64,000 nucleotides of DNA from an uncultured Flavobacteriales bacterium (GTDB lineage: Bacteria > Bacteroidota > Bacteroidia > Flavobacteriales_D > CAJJDF01), in NCBI GenBank assembly GCA_905182785.1, contig CAJJDF010000031.1:16-64015 (forward strand), written 5' to 3'. How positions within the stretch are numbered: the first letter of the stretch is position 1; the number at the start of each line of letters is the position of its first letter. This document shows positions 1-9,391 of this stretch, piece by piece. A model generated the notes under the pieces. It had not been told where the DNA came from and made no database searches. It was given only the letters and a program-made list of their open reading frames with translations. The position numbers and the translations under genes are program-made.

Positions 1-1
1 T

Positions 2-1720
2 GTTTTTCAAAATTGGATTGATAATTATGATCATTCTAACTTTTTACAGCAAGTAATTGATCACAAAGATTCATTAGAATTAAATATTGCGTTAAGTAAA
101 GAATCAGAGCAGGCAATAGATAATTTTATTCAATCTCATCAACAATCAAATTTTCTTTCTGAAGCAGAAAAAATAAAGGATGAAATGGTTGAAGCAAGGA
201 AATTATTTGGAGAGGTTAAAAAGGAAAATACAGTCTCTGGATTCGAAAAATTTCTTAGTAAATTCCCTAAATCTCTCCACAACAAAGAGGCTCACAAACT
301 ATTGGTATATAGCGCAATAAAAGAAGGAAAAGTAAAAAACAATTTAGAATCTATGTTGTTAGCTAATTCGCAGTATTTATTGAAATTTAAAGGTTTTTTA
401 TCCAATGACGAATTAAAGAAAAAAACTAAAGAAGTTTCATTAAAGGTTGATGGTATTTTAATAAAAAAACTACTCAATTCTAAAAAAAATAACTACGATA
501 CTTATTCTGAATTTTGGAAGACTTATGTTAAAGTAAAAAAAGAGAATAAAAATTTAACTGATTTATCAAGATCATTAAATAAAAATAAAAATATAGCGAA
601 TTTACTAATAAGAAAACTTTATGAATTAAAAAGTGAGACAGCTCAGGGAAAATTTATAGAACAAGCAAAGATAGATTTTCCATATTTGGATGGACAAACA
701 TATAATAATTCTCCTACAATAAAAAATATTGTTCAGTTAGCTGATAATTTCACTGGTACATTAAAACTAAAAAATCAAGGTTATTTAATTAATCATTTAA
801 AAAATTCCTATGAAGGTGATGTTTATAAGAATTTAAAAGGATTCACCTATAAAAATCAAAATTATAATCAAACATACAAAAAAGGAAATGTTGAGAAAAT
901 CACAATGAAAAATGGACAAGTAACTCAGCTAATAGTCTTAGAAGGCTCTAAAAAAATAATTGATGCAAAATTTAAATTGAATAGAACAAGACAAACTCTT
1001 AAATACAAATCTATTTCTTTCTTTATTGATGGTAAACTCGTGAAAACTGAATTTTCGAATATTAATAATGTAAATTATTTTTATGAATTTGAGAATGGTA
1101 AAAACCTCTCTTTGATAGAGCTAGAGAAAAAGGTAAAGGAAGCAGATCAGGTATTGAATCAAGCTAATTACGATAGAGCGTTAGATCTTTACGTAAGATA
1201 TTGCAAGAATGATTATCCTAAGACAATTTCTTTAAACAAAAGAATCACAAAATCTATTAATAAGACTCAAGTCAAAAGAATCGCTTACTTAGAAAAGATT
1301 GAATCCGAAAGAATTGTTAGAGAAAGAAAAAAAGGACTACTAACTTCAGGAAACTTTGATAATGAACTAGATGAATTTGGCTATATTAAAAACTTAACAA
1401 AATTATACATGTATTCTAGTTCGACTGCAAAGAAAGATTGTGATCTTATTTTTAATAAATATACGGAATCAGTGTTAGGTCATAAATTAAATAGGGCTGA
1501 AAAAAAATACTTACAAAATTATATAGATAAGAAGACGAGATATTTAGAAAATATTGCTAGTGGTTTTAATACTATTTCAAAATTGGTCCATACTTGTAAT
1601 TGTTGTAATAAAAAATATAAAGGTACAGGATATGTTTGGAATGGAAGAGAAAACAAGACAAATGGAGATGGGTTAGGAGGAGACTATTGCTCTAGGAAAT
1701 GTGCTGTTAAATGCAAATAA
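2..1720 (+). CDS. hypothetical Lys/Asn-rich protein, 5'-partial (frame open to window edge), C-terminal Cys-rich knuckle
   Basis: ORF track gives 185..1720. The same frame translated from nt 2 (VFQNWIDNYDHSNFLQQ...) has no stop, so the true start is probably upstream of the window. The last ~45 aa carry CNCC...C-x2-KC-x2-KC. Confidence 0.6.
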   Translation, partial: VFQNWIDNYDHSNFLQQVIDHKDSLELNIALSKESEQAIDNFIQSHQQSNFLSEAEKIKDEMVEARKLFGEVKKENTVSGFEKFLSKFPKSLHNKEAHKLLVYSAIKEGKVKNNLESMLLANSQYLLKFKGFLSNDELKKKTKEVSLKVDGILIKKLLNSKKNNYDTYSEFWKTYVKVKKENKNLTDLSRSLNKNKNIANLLIRKLYELKSETAQGKFIEQAKIDFPYLDGQTYNNSPTIKNIVQLADNFTGTLKLKNQGYLINHLKNSYEGDVYKNLKGFTYKNQNYNQTYKKGNVEKITMKNGQVTQLIVLEGSKKIIDAKFKLNRTRQTLKYKSISFFIDGKLVKTEFSNINNVNYFYEFENGKNLSLIELEKKVKEADQVLNQANYDRALDLYVRYCKNDYPKTISLNKRITKSINKTQVKRIAYLEKIESERIVRERKKGLLTSGNFDNELDEFGYIKNLTKLYMYSSSTAKKDCDLIFNKYTESVLGHKLNRAEKKYLQNYIDKKTRYLENIASGFNTISKLVHTCNCCNKKYKGTGYVWNGRENKTNGDGLGGDYCSRKCAVKCK

Positions 1721-1774
1721 AAAAATAATCATTTTCTTCTAAACTAAAAAATTATTAATTTTTAAATATAATAA

Positions 1775-2386
1775 ATGAGAAAGACAGTTTTATCACTTTT
1801 AATTATAAGTTTTGGGATAAGCACTAACTCCCAAATCACCACTTATTCAGGGTCTTACGGATTTTCCGGAGCTAATATGGATCAAACTGAAGTTCAATTT
1901 AGTTTAGAGACTTCCTATCAAGAAAATGAAAATTTTTCACAATTGTATCGTTGGAGGTATTCAACAGGACAAAATAAAGGTTTTATTTTTGAGTATAACA
2001 ATAGAGCTTATTTTTCTAGAAATAGAGACTTAGATAATTCCAAATGGTATGTTCAGGGTAAAATCGGCTACGGAATAATAAAAGGTATGCCTTATTTACC
2101 TAATTCAGTTTATGTTATTAATGAATCTAATGATGAAAGGGAATACAACACAGACTATATAAATGATTCAAGACATTTTACCTATAGCTACGGTCTTGGA
2201 TTGGGTTATAAATTTATTTTATTCGATAGGCTAACTTTCGATTTACTATTGGGTTACATTAAGTATTCAACACCTAATTTTAACGAAAAAGATTCAAAAT
2301 ATAGTCAATTTAGATTAGATGATTGGAACAATGGTTTAGGATATCCTTTCGATTTTAGTTGGTCTTTAGGTTTCTTTTTAGATTAA
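1775..2386 (+). CDS. hypothetical secreted protein, possible outer-membrane beta-barrel
   Basis: Has a signal peptide (MRKTVLSLLIISFGISTNSQ), Gly/aromatic-rich strand-like segments and an aromatic C-terminus. Confidence 0.5.
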   Translation: MRKTVLSLLIISFGISTNSQITTYSGSYGFSGANMDQTEVQFSLETSYQENENFSQLYRWRYSTGQNKGFIFEYNNRAYFSRNRDLDNSKWYVQGKIGYGIIKGMPYLPNSVYVINESNDEREYNTDYINDSRHFTYSYGLGLGYKFILFDRLTFDLLLGYIKYSTPNFNEKDSKYSQFRLDDWNNGLGYPFDFSWSLGFFLD

Positions 2387-2607
2387 TAATTTTTACCTTA
2401 TTGATAACCACCTTTATCTTAGAGTAATTTACTAATCTGTGTTAGTAATAGTCTTTTAGATTGATTACTTTAGCAGCAATATCTTTAGATATTCTAAATA
2501 TAATTCTCTTTGCTTTAATATCATAGGTCACATCTTCTACATTTCCGGAAAATGAAACTATAGAATAAGAACTAACGCTCAGTCTGACTGATGAAAACCA
2601 ACTTACA

Positions 2608-3369
2608 ATGAAAAACTTAACTAAAGCAACGATGATTATTTTAATAATCTCATTGCTTTTTTCTTGTGAAGACAATTCCAAAGTAAGAATCTTTGTGTCT
2701 TGGCCAGGCGGAGAAGGTTTGCCTCATTACCAATGGAAAAGAGGAGAAGCAAAACCAACAGGAATCGAACCCGATTTTATTGAACGAGTTTTAGAAGTCG
2801 CAGAACTTGATTATGAATACGTAACTAATTTCGAATTCTCAGGGGAAGGTGATCCAAGAATAGAAGTGCTAGAAAAAGGAAAAGCTGATATTTGTATTCG
2901 TGCAATTTCAATAAATGAGGAGCGAAAAAAACGTGTATTATTTTCGAATCCCTATTATTTTGATGGGCTATCTGCCTTGGTTAGAAAAAAAGATTCTCTT
3001 CAAACTCTTTCCGATTTGAATGGGAAGAGAGTTTATACTCTTGAATTTACTTCTGCTCATAATTGGGCAAAAGAAAATCTAAGTAAAAGTACTCTCATGA
3101 CCTACGAAAAATTTGATACTGCATTTATTGAACCTGAAGGGTTATTATTGAATAATGAAATAGATGCCTATATTTTGGATAAAAGTTTCTTGAATGAGAT
3201 TGCTAAAAAAAATATAGAACTAAAAGTGTTAAGCAGTAAATTTACGGAAGAAGTTATTGGAATTGCTGTATCTGAAAATAATCCCACATTGGTTTTCAAA
3301 ATCAACAAAGCCATGGAGGAATTAAAACAATCGGGTGAGTTTTATGAACTACTGAAAGACTTAAAATAA
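2608..3369 (+). CDS. substrate-binding protein (family 3, amino-acid-binding type) lipoprotein
   Basis: Lipobox LLFSC. The sequence follows the periplasmic binding protein type-3 pattern (NPYYFDGLSALVRKKD, IDAYILDKSFL). No ABC permease or ATPase gene is adjacent. Confidence 0.7.
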   Translation: MKNLTKATMIILIISLLFSCEDNSKVRIFVSWPGGEGLPHYQWKRGEAKPTGIEPDFIERVLEVAELDYEYVTNFEFSGEGDPRIEVLEKGKADICIRAISINEERKKRVLFSNPYYFDGLSALVRKKDSLQTLSDLNGKRVYTLEFTSAHNWAKENLSKSTLMTYEKFDTAFIEPEGLLLNNEIDAYILDKSFLNEIAKKNIELKVLSSKFTEEVIGIAVSENNPTLVFKINKAMEELKQSGEFYELLKDLK

Positions 3370-3866
3370 TGAGTAAATTATCTAAGACTAGTTTACCAAA
3401 AGAGTCAATTATCAACAATTTCATAAAAAGAAATGATTATGAAGATTGTTATTCTTTCACTGTCCCAAACAACAATAAATCTATTCGTGAAATCTATATT
3501 TCTTTATTTTCTTCTGCACCAAAATGGGTAGAGGGCATGATGAAACTAAGAAATAAAATAGTCCGCTTATTTGGATTAAAAAACGAAATGAATAGAAATG
3601 AAAATACCAACTTTGGAGTTGGTGATAAAATCGGGATTTTTAAAATTTATGCTATTCAAGAAGATGAAATAATTGCTGGAGAAGATGACAAACATCTCGA
3701 TTTTAGAGTTTCAATTCACAGAATAATTGAAAAAGAAACAACCGTTTGTATTTCTACTTTGGTTCAATACAATAATTGGTTTGGTAAATTATATTTCTTT
3801 GTTGTAAAACCCTTTCACAAAATAGTGGTGAAATCATTGATAAGAAAAGCTGCAAAAAAAATATAG
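3369..3866 (+). CDS. hypothetical protein (possibly DUF2867-type; family named from memory only)
   Basis: 165-aa ORF whose ATG overlaps the upstream stop (TAATG). No signal peptide. Confidence 0.45.
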   Translation: MSKLSKTSLPKESIINNFIKRNDYEDCYSFTVPNNNKSIREIYISLFSSAPKWVEGMMKLRNKIVRLFGLKNEMNRNENTNFGVGDKIGIFKIYAIQEDEIIAGEDDKHLDFRVSIHRIIEKETTVCISTLVQYNNWFGKLYFFVVKPFHKIVVKSLIRKAAKKI

Positions 3867-3919
3867 CATTCAAGCCATTTTTATTTCGATAAACTAAATA
3901 TCTCTTTATATTTACGGGT

Positions 3920-5368
3920 ATGAACAGAAAATTCCTAACCAATTTATCGTTTCTGCTTTTCCTCAATTTATTGGTGAAGCCATTCTATATCTTAGGAATT
4001 GATGCAGAAATCCAAAACCGTGTTGGGACCGAAGAATATGGATTGTATTTTTCCCTTCTAGGATTCACTTTTTTATTCAATATCCTGCTGGATGTAGGAA
4101 TCGTAAATTTCAATACCCGAACAATAGCTCAACAACCTTTTCTTATTGCCAAGTATTTTTCCAAAATCTTTTCTCTCAGGATGTTTTTGGCGTTAATTTA
4201 CGGAGGATTTGTATTGCTCTTAGGCTCGTTAATTGGTTATGACTCCTCCGAAATTTACATGCTTATATGGTTAATTTGCAATCAAATTTTAGCCGCATTT
4301 ACCCTCTATTTTAGATCTAATTTAGCAGGCTTATTGCTTTTCAAATACGACACAATTGTATCGGTTCTAGATAGATTTTTATTAATCATAATCTGTTCCG
4401 TTTTACTTTGGGGAGGGTTTACAGACAAGCCATTTGATATTTATTGGTTCATTTATGCGCAGACTTTCGCTTATGCTGTAACTGCAATTACGGCATTACT
4501 GTTTTTGATTTCGAAACAAAAATTAGGAAAATTAAGAGGCAATAAACTATTTTCTATTGCAATACTTAAACAAAGCGCACCTTATGCTTTACTTATCTTA
4601 TTAATGACTTTTTATTACCGTGCAGATAGTGTTATGCTGGAAAGAATGCTGGAAGATGGTAAAACCCAAGCGGGAATTTACGCCAATGGATTTCGCTTTT
4701 TTGAAGCCGCAAACAATATTGCATTTTTGTTTGCTACTCTCTTACTTCCATTGTTTTCTAACCTCTTGAAAAACAAAAAATCAGTAGCCAGCTTAATCAA
4801 TTTATCCAGTAGGATTCTTATTCCAGGAGCAATATTAATAGCAACTACTTGCTTTTTTTACAGCCAAGAATTAATGGGAGCGCGTTACATTAATAGTACA
4901 ACTCAATCGGGAGAGGTGTTTGGTTTACTCATGATTTGTTTTGTCTTTATTTCAACCACCTATATTTTTGGAACGTTATTAACAGCCAATGGAAACCTAA
5001 AAACACTGAATAAAATAGCTTTTGTAGGTGTGATTTTAAATATTGTTTTAAATTTAATTCTAATCCCAATGTACCAAGCTTATGGAGCTGCAATTGCTAG
5101 TGTTATTACCCAAGGATTAACGGCTCTAGCTCAAGTTTGGCTTTGTAAATCTTATTTTAAATTGAAAATTAATTTCGAATTGTTTTCCAAAATAGTCTTG
5201 TTTACTTTCATAATGGTTACAACAGGTTATGTATTAAAAACAGTTTACGTAAACGAAATAGAATGGCACTATGCTGCATTAATTATGTTGGGCTCTGGAA
5301 GCCTTAATTTATTTCTGTTTAAAATAATAGAATTCAAAAACATTAGAAAATTATTACTCGAAAGGTAA
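3920..5368 (+). CDS. polysaccharide biosynthesis protein / oligosaccharide flippase (MOP/Wzx-like)
   Basis: 482 aa, hydrophobic throughout with roughly a dozen TM segments. The overall pattern is typical of Wzx-type flippases. Confidence 0.7.
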   Translation: MNRKFLTNLSFLLFLNLLVKPFYILGIDAEIQNRVGTEEYGLYFSLLGFTFLFNILLDVGIVNFNTRTIAQQPFLIAKYFSKIFSLRMFLALIYGGFVLLLGSLIGYDSSEIYMLIWLICNQILAAFTLYFRSNLAGLLLFKYDTIVSVLDRFLLIIICSVLLWGGFTDKPFDIYWFIYAQTFAYAVTAITALLFLISKQKLGKLRGNKLFSIAILKQSAPYALLILLMTFYYRADSVMLERMLEDGKTQAGIYANGFRFFEAANNIAFLFATLLLPLFSNLLKNKKSVASLINLSSRILIPGAILIATTCFFYSQELMGARYINSTTQSGEVFGLLMICFVFISTTYIFGTLLTANGNLKTLNKIAFVGVILNIVLNLILIPMYQAYGAAIASVITQGLTALAQVWLCKSYFKLKINFELFSKIVLFTFIMVTTGYVLKTVYVNEIEWHYAALIMLGSGSLNLFLFKIIEFKNIRKLLLER

Positions 5369-5389
5369 TCAGTCGTTATTTTTATAACT

Positions 5390-6055
5390 ATGAAAAACAA
5401 AGGAACTCTCATAGCCGTATCTTGGCCACAAACTCCCGTATTGAAAGAGGGAAAATGGTATGATGGTATAATGAAAACTCTTGGATTTTTGAAAAATGAT
5501 TTTTATGAAGCCGGCCATGCCTCCCTAGTAATGGTAAATCATAAGGAAAAAGAATTTCTTTACCTTGATTTTGGACGGTATCATACACCAAAAAAACACG
5601 GAAGAGTAAGGGATAAATTTACCGATCCTGATCTTACAATTTACACAAAAGCAATCATTGAAGGAAACAAAATCATGAACCTGGAAGCCTTATTTGAGGA
5701 GTTAGCTGGATTAAAAGCTACCCACGGAGAAGGAGGGTTAATTGCCAGTGAAATGTATACGAAGCGTTACGATAGAGTCTTTAAAAAAGCAAAAAAAATT
5801 CAAAAACGAGAAGCAATAAAATATGGTCCTTTTAACATTGGAGGTTCCAATTGTTCCCGATTTGTAACTCAATCTTGCAGGGTATCTAAATTTGGACCAA
5901 TAAAAAAATTCTTAGTTTATTTTCCATATACCGTTACTCCTACTCCAATAACTAATGTTAAAATAATAAACGATTATAGTTATTATCACGAGTACAAAAA
6001 TGGAAAGCTAATTAAAAAGAAAAACTTCTTAAATTTTTATAAAAATGAGGCCTAG
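5390..6055 (+). CDS. hypothetical protein, candidate permuted papain-fold (PPPDE/LRAT/NlpC-like) hydrolase
   Basis: 221 aa with no signal peptide. An AGHASLVMVNH segment (His43, His51) is followed ~110 aa later by GGSNCSRFV (Cys155). His-before-Cys is the order seen in permuted NlpC/P60-type enzymes. Confidence 0.5.
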   Translation: MKNKGTLIAVSWPQTPVLKEGKWYDGIMKTLGFLKNDFYEAGHASLVMVNHKEKEFLYLDFGRYHTPKKHGRVRDKFTDPDLTIYTKAIIEGNKIMNLEALFEELAGLKATHGEGGLIASEMYTKRYDRVFKKAKKIQKREAIKYGPFNIGGSNCSRFVTQSCRVSKFGPIKKFLVYFPYTVTPTPITNVKIINDYSYYHEYKNGKLIKKKNFLNFYKNEA

Positions 6056-6359
6056 AGGAGATATATTAATAGGAAGGATTTATCCTCCAAAGAGAGTCGG
6101 ATTAGTTCCAAAAACTGCAACTTGGCTCTCTGGGGAAGCAGGAGGAGTATGGTTCGAAATAATGGAAAAGGGAGAGAACTACCGCATAAAAAGGTATTCG
6201 CTTGACGGAGAATTAGATTGCGACAGAGAGTTTAAACTGGTTAATTCCGAAACTATAGATTTGAATGAACCATTTGTTATGGCTCACACCTCACATTGTG
6301 CTTTGGTAAGGGTAAATCAGAATGGTGTTTTATTTGTTTTTGAGTATATATATAAATAG
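6045..6359 (+). CDS. hypothetical 104-aa protein, translationally coupled partner of the upstream gene
   Basis: Its ATG lies 11 nt inside the upstream ORF (aaaATGaggccTAG). I recognised no motif. Confidence 0.5.
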   Translation: MRPRGDILIGRIYPPKRVGLVPKTATWLSGEAGGVWFEIMEKGENYRIKRYSLDGELDCDREFKLVNSETIDLNEPFVMAHTSHCALVRVNQNGVLFVFEYIYK

Positions 6360-6413
6360 ATTGTTCCTTTTATTTATTTTTGAATTATACCTTTAAAACC
6401 TATTCCCTTTCCT

Positions 6414-7028
6414 TTGACCGAAAAAGAAAAACATATCGAATTAAGTTACATCCAAAAAGCAAAGGAAGATAGAGAATACTTTGGTTTTTTGTACGAAAAA
6501 TACTTTCAGCAACTCTTTATTTTTATTTTTAAAAAAGTTCAAAACGAAGATCTTTCGGGTGATATCTGTTCTAAGACTTTTATGAAAGCTATTATGAACA
6601 TAGACAAATATGAAGACCGTGGGTTTCCTTTCTCTTCTTGGTTGTATCGCATTGCCAACAATGAAGTAAATTTCTATTTTAGAGCACAAAAAAAGGAAGT
6701 AACCGTCCAAATAAACGAAAACCAAGCAACAACAATTGCACAAGAAATAGACTTGGGCAATAACGAAGAACAACTGCGTTTAATTCTTAGTAAATTAGAA
6801 GAACTACCCCTAGAAAAAAGCCAACTGATAGAAATGAGATTTTTTGAAAAATGCTCTTTTAAAGAAATTGGAAGTATATTTGATATAACAGAAGCTTCGG
6901 CAAAAATGCGTGTATACCGAATAATTGAATCACTAAAAAAAGCCTTTTATAACCGATTTTTAATGAGAAAAAACAGAACAAGTAATAAACAGAGGTGGCA
7001 AATGAATAACTTATCATCAACTAGATAA
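6414..7028 (+). CDS. RNA polymerase sigma-70 factor, ECF subfamily
   Basis: Region 2 (FSSWLYRIANNEVNFYFR) and region 4 HTH (SFKEIGSIFDITEASAKMRVYR) are present. Apparent TTG start, with a TAttTTTG box at 6375-6382. Confidence 0.85.
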   Translation: MTEKEKHIELSYIQKAKEDREYFGFLYEKYFQQLFIFIFKKVQNEDLSGDICSKTFMKAIMNIDKYEDRGFPFSSWLYRIANNEVNFYFRAQKKEVTVQINENQATTIAQEIDLGNNEEQLRLILSKLEELPLEKSQLIEMRFFEKCSFKEIGSIFDITEASAKMRVYRIIESLKKAFYNRFLMRKNRTSNKQRWQMNNLSSTR

Positions 7029-7030
7029 AA

Positions 7031-7237
7031 ATGAAAAAGTATAAATTAAATAAAGACAAATCCCCTGAGATTCCATCTAAAAAAAGTATGGATAAACATA
7101 AGGATTTTGGCAAACTTTTTCATAGTTATGAGAATCTTACCAAACGTCCGAAAAAGCCTATTTACAAAGATCCCAAATACTTTTTGTTTCTATTTATTAT
7201 TGTGGTGGTGGTTTATTTAATCTCAGAGTACTCTTAA
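7031..7237 (+). CDS. small tail-anchored membrane protein, possible minimal anti-sigma factor
   Basis: 68 aa, starting 2 nt after the sigma gene stop. A Lys-rich cytoplasmic part precedes a single C-terminal TM (YFLFLFIIVVVVYLI), and only 4 residues follow the TM. Confidence 0.45.
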   Translation: MKKYKLNKDKSPEIPSKKSMDKHKDFGKLFHSYENLTKRPKKPIYKDPKYFLFLFIIVVVVYLISEYS

Positions 7238-7359
7238 TCAAGTCAACTTCCGTTTTATAATATTTACTAGAACTTAGGATTCGGTTTGGGAGTTCTATTA
7301 TTAAGGAAATTCGCGGGCTAAGTATTTTTTCTTTAAGGAAAAATGTATCGAAGCCTAGT

Positions 7360-8592
7360 TTACCTCCTATTCAACCAAATTGATGGATTTTGTGGACTCA
7401 TATCACCTCCAGAAATTTTCCAAATCTCAAAATGTGATTCAGAAATTGTACCAGATGAATTGGCTAACAAAGTTCCAATTGTTTGTTTTGTTTTTAGCTT
7501 TTGATTCAGTTCTACATTCACGGTTTTAAGGTTAGAATAAACTGTACGATAAGCTCCGTGGCTTATAATTACTGTTTGTCCACTCCCGGGAATTGTAAAA
7601 ATACTCGTTACTTTTCCCTCAAAAACTGCTCTTACCGTAGAGGATTTTAACGTGCTTATATCTATTCCATTATTCTGAATAAATGTGGTAGAAACCTGAC
7701 TATGTCTCTGTTTACCAAATCTTTTTGTAATAGTTCCTCTTGAAACTGGCCAAGGTAATTTTCCTTTGTTTTTTTCGAAACTAGAAGAAGCCAGTTTTGC
7801 TTCTGGACTTAATTTAAATGAGTTACTTTTATTAGCTCTAGACAGTTCCTTGGCTATTTCTCTACGAATCGCTTCAGCTACTTTTGCTCTTGCTTTTTCT
7901 TGTGTAGCGTATTTCGCTTGAAGGGCTTTTTTATCTGTCAAAATCTCATTCAACAAAACTTGTTGACTCTCTTTTACCTCAATAAATTTCTTTTTTTCAT
8001 CATTGTATTCTAAAATCAACTCCTTTTTTGCTTCAATATTAGCAAGTAATTCTTCGTTTTCTTTAACAAATTTTGCTTGCATTGTATTTATTTCCTGGGC
8101 TTTTTTCTTTCTATTTTCAGTGTATTGCTCTATGTATTTCATTCTTCGGTAAGCCTGATTATAATCTTCAGAAGAAAACAAATAAATCACATTGTATTCT
8201 TTTTTACGGTTCTTATAAGCAAATCGTATCATTTCTTTGAATTCTACTTTCAGCTCTATCAATTCATTTTTTAAAGATTCTATCTCTTTTTTATTTCTAT
8301 AAATTTGGTTTGTGGTCTCGGTTAGTTGGTTATTAATATTTACCAATAACTCCTCTTTAAATGCAATTTGCTTATTGAGTATATTCAACTCACTCAAAGT
8401 CGCCTTTTGTGACATTCTTGTTTCGTCCAACAATTCCTGAGTTTGCACAAGTTGCTTCTTCAACCTTTCTTCCTTTGCTTTAAGCTTTTGAGTTTTAGAT
8501 TGCGCATAAGAACTAGTAGTTCCTAGACTTGCGAGAAGGAATAAAAGTGCGGTAACTAAATATGTAAAAAAATTCTTATTCATACTTTTCAT
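7360..8592 (-). CDS. M23 family peptidase / murein hydrolase activator (EnvC-like)
   Basis: Signal peptide, long coiled coil and a C-terminal LytM domain (GIDISTL...HFEIWK). The start is uncertain (ATG at 8592 or 8583; the ORF-track start at 8622 overlaps the upstream gene). Confidence 0.85.
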   Translation of the reverse strand: MKSMNKNFFTYLVTALLFLLASLGTTSSYAQSKTQKLKAKEERLKKQLVQTQELLDETRMSQKATLSELNILNKQIAFKEELLVNINNQLTETTNQIYRNKKEIESLKNELIELKVEFKEMIRFAYKNRKKEYNVIYLFSSEDYNQAYRRMKYIEQYTENRKKKAQEINTMQAKFVKENEELLANIEAKKELILEYNDEKKKFIEVKESQQVLLNEILTDKKALQAKYATQEKARAKVAEAIRREIAKELSRANKSNSFKLSPEAKLASSSFEKNKGKLPWPVSRGTITKRFGKQRHSQVSTTFIQNNGIDISTLKSSTVRAVFEGKVTSIFTIPGSGQTVIISHGAYRTVYSNLKTVNVELNQKLKTKQTIGTLLANSSGTISESHFEIWKISGGDMSPQNPSIWLNRR

Positions 8593-9391
8593 AATGACTC
8601 GGCACAGAGTATTCGTATTCAATATCAGTATTTATTTTCACTCTTTGGTAATTCAAATGGATAGAAATAGAATCTTTTGCCGTTATTATCTCGGCCTTAG
8701 TCCTGTTTGGGAATAATTTGCCATTTATTTTTTTGTAATCCGCTTGAAAAATCTCAATTCTGGTATTTGTAGAGTCATTAAAAACAAAAGTTTTTCCTGC
8801 CTTAAATAGTTTGTTAATCCAAAATTTTACTTGCCAATCTCCATTCGATTTCTTTATATTCAAATCATTTTGACTCAAAGAGCTAACGTAAACCTCTTCA
8901 TTTTCCTGAATTAAATAATGATTCGTGTTTGAATCCATTCTAATTGGATTCCCAATTAATAAATCTTGGATTTGGCCAAAAGTAATTTCTGTTTTCAATA
9001 ATTGTGAAACATAAGAAAAGTCTCCTTCAAAGTATTTCTGATCTCTCTTATTAAGGAATTTCAATGAGTCGGGAGTTATGAGTGCAACTACCACAGGAAT
9101 TCCTAAAACAGAAATAGTAGCATGAATGACTGAATCCTTATGCATCTTTATAAATGTTCCAAATGTTAAATTCTGTTTTTCTCTACTTTTAAATTTTGTA
9201 TTTATTTTTGCTTTTAAGTTCTCAAATTCAAAATTATTTTGCAATACTTTTCTCACTATAGTATCTGCCCGATTTTTAGACAGGTGAATTAATGCTGAAG
9301 ATTCCTTAATCAATGGCTTCTTTACCTTGCACTTAACCAGTAAAGTAGAAATAAAAAGTAATAAGAATAGATACAACAATTGTTTATTCAT
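8576..9391 (-). CDS. DUF4292-like lipoprotein (LolB-like fold)
   Basis: Signal/lipobox (LLVKC). It sits between the TPR and M23 genes, a gene order I know from Flavobacteriia. Confidence 0.65.
   Translation of the reverse strand: MNKQLLYLFLLLFISTLLVKCKVKKPLIKESSALIHLSKNRADTIVRKVLQNNFEFENLKAKINTKFKSREKQNLTFGTFIKMHKDSVIHATISVLGIPVVVALITPDSLKFLNKRDQKYFEGDFSYVSQLLKTEITFGQIQDLLIGNPIRMDSNTNHYLIQENEEVYVSSLSQNDLNIKKSNGDWQVKFWINKLFKAGKTFVFNDSTNTRIEIFQADYKKINGKLFPNRTKAEIITAKDSISIHLNYQRVKINTDIEYEYSVPSHYEKYE

Noticed and set aside
2442-2681. 79-aa minus-strand ORF in the 221-bp gap before the substrate-binding protein gene. Its C-terminal half looks vaguely protein-like.
   Set aside because: Its only start codon lies inside the N-terminus of the opposite-strand lipoprotein gene (74-nt overlap), and I found no family motif. 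It is at most a gene remnant, which is not supportable from sequence alone.
7268-7297. Hairpin tagaact-N16-agttcta between the convergent small membrane protein and M23 peptidase genes, considered as a terminator.
   Set aside because: It has a 7-bp AT-rich stem with a 16-nt loop and no clear T-run on either strand, which is too weak to call.
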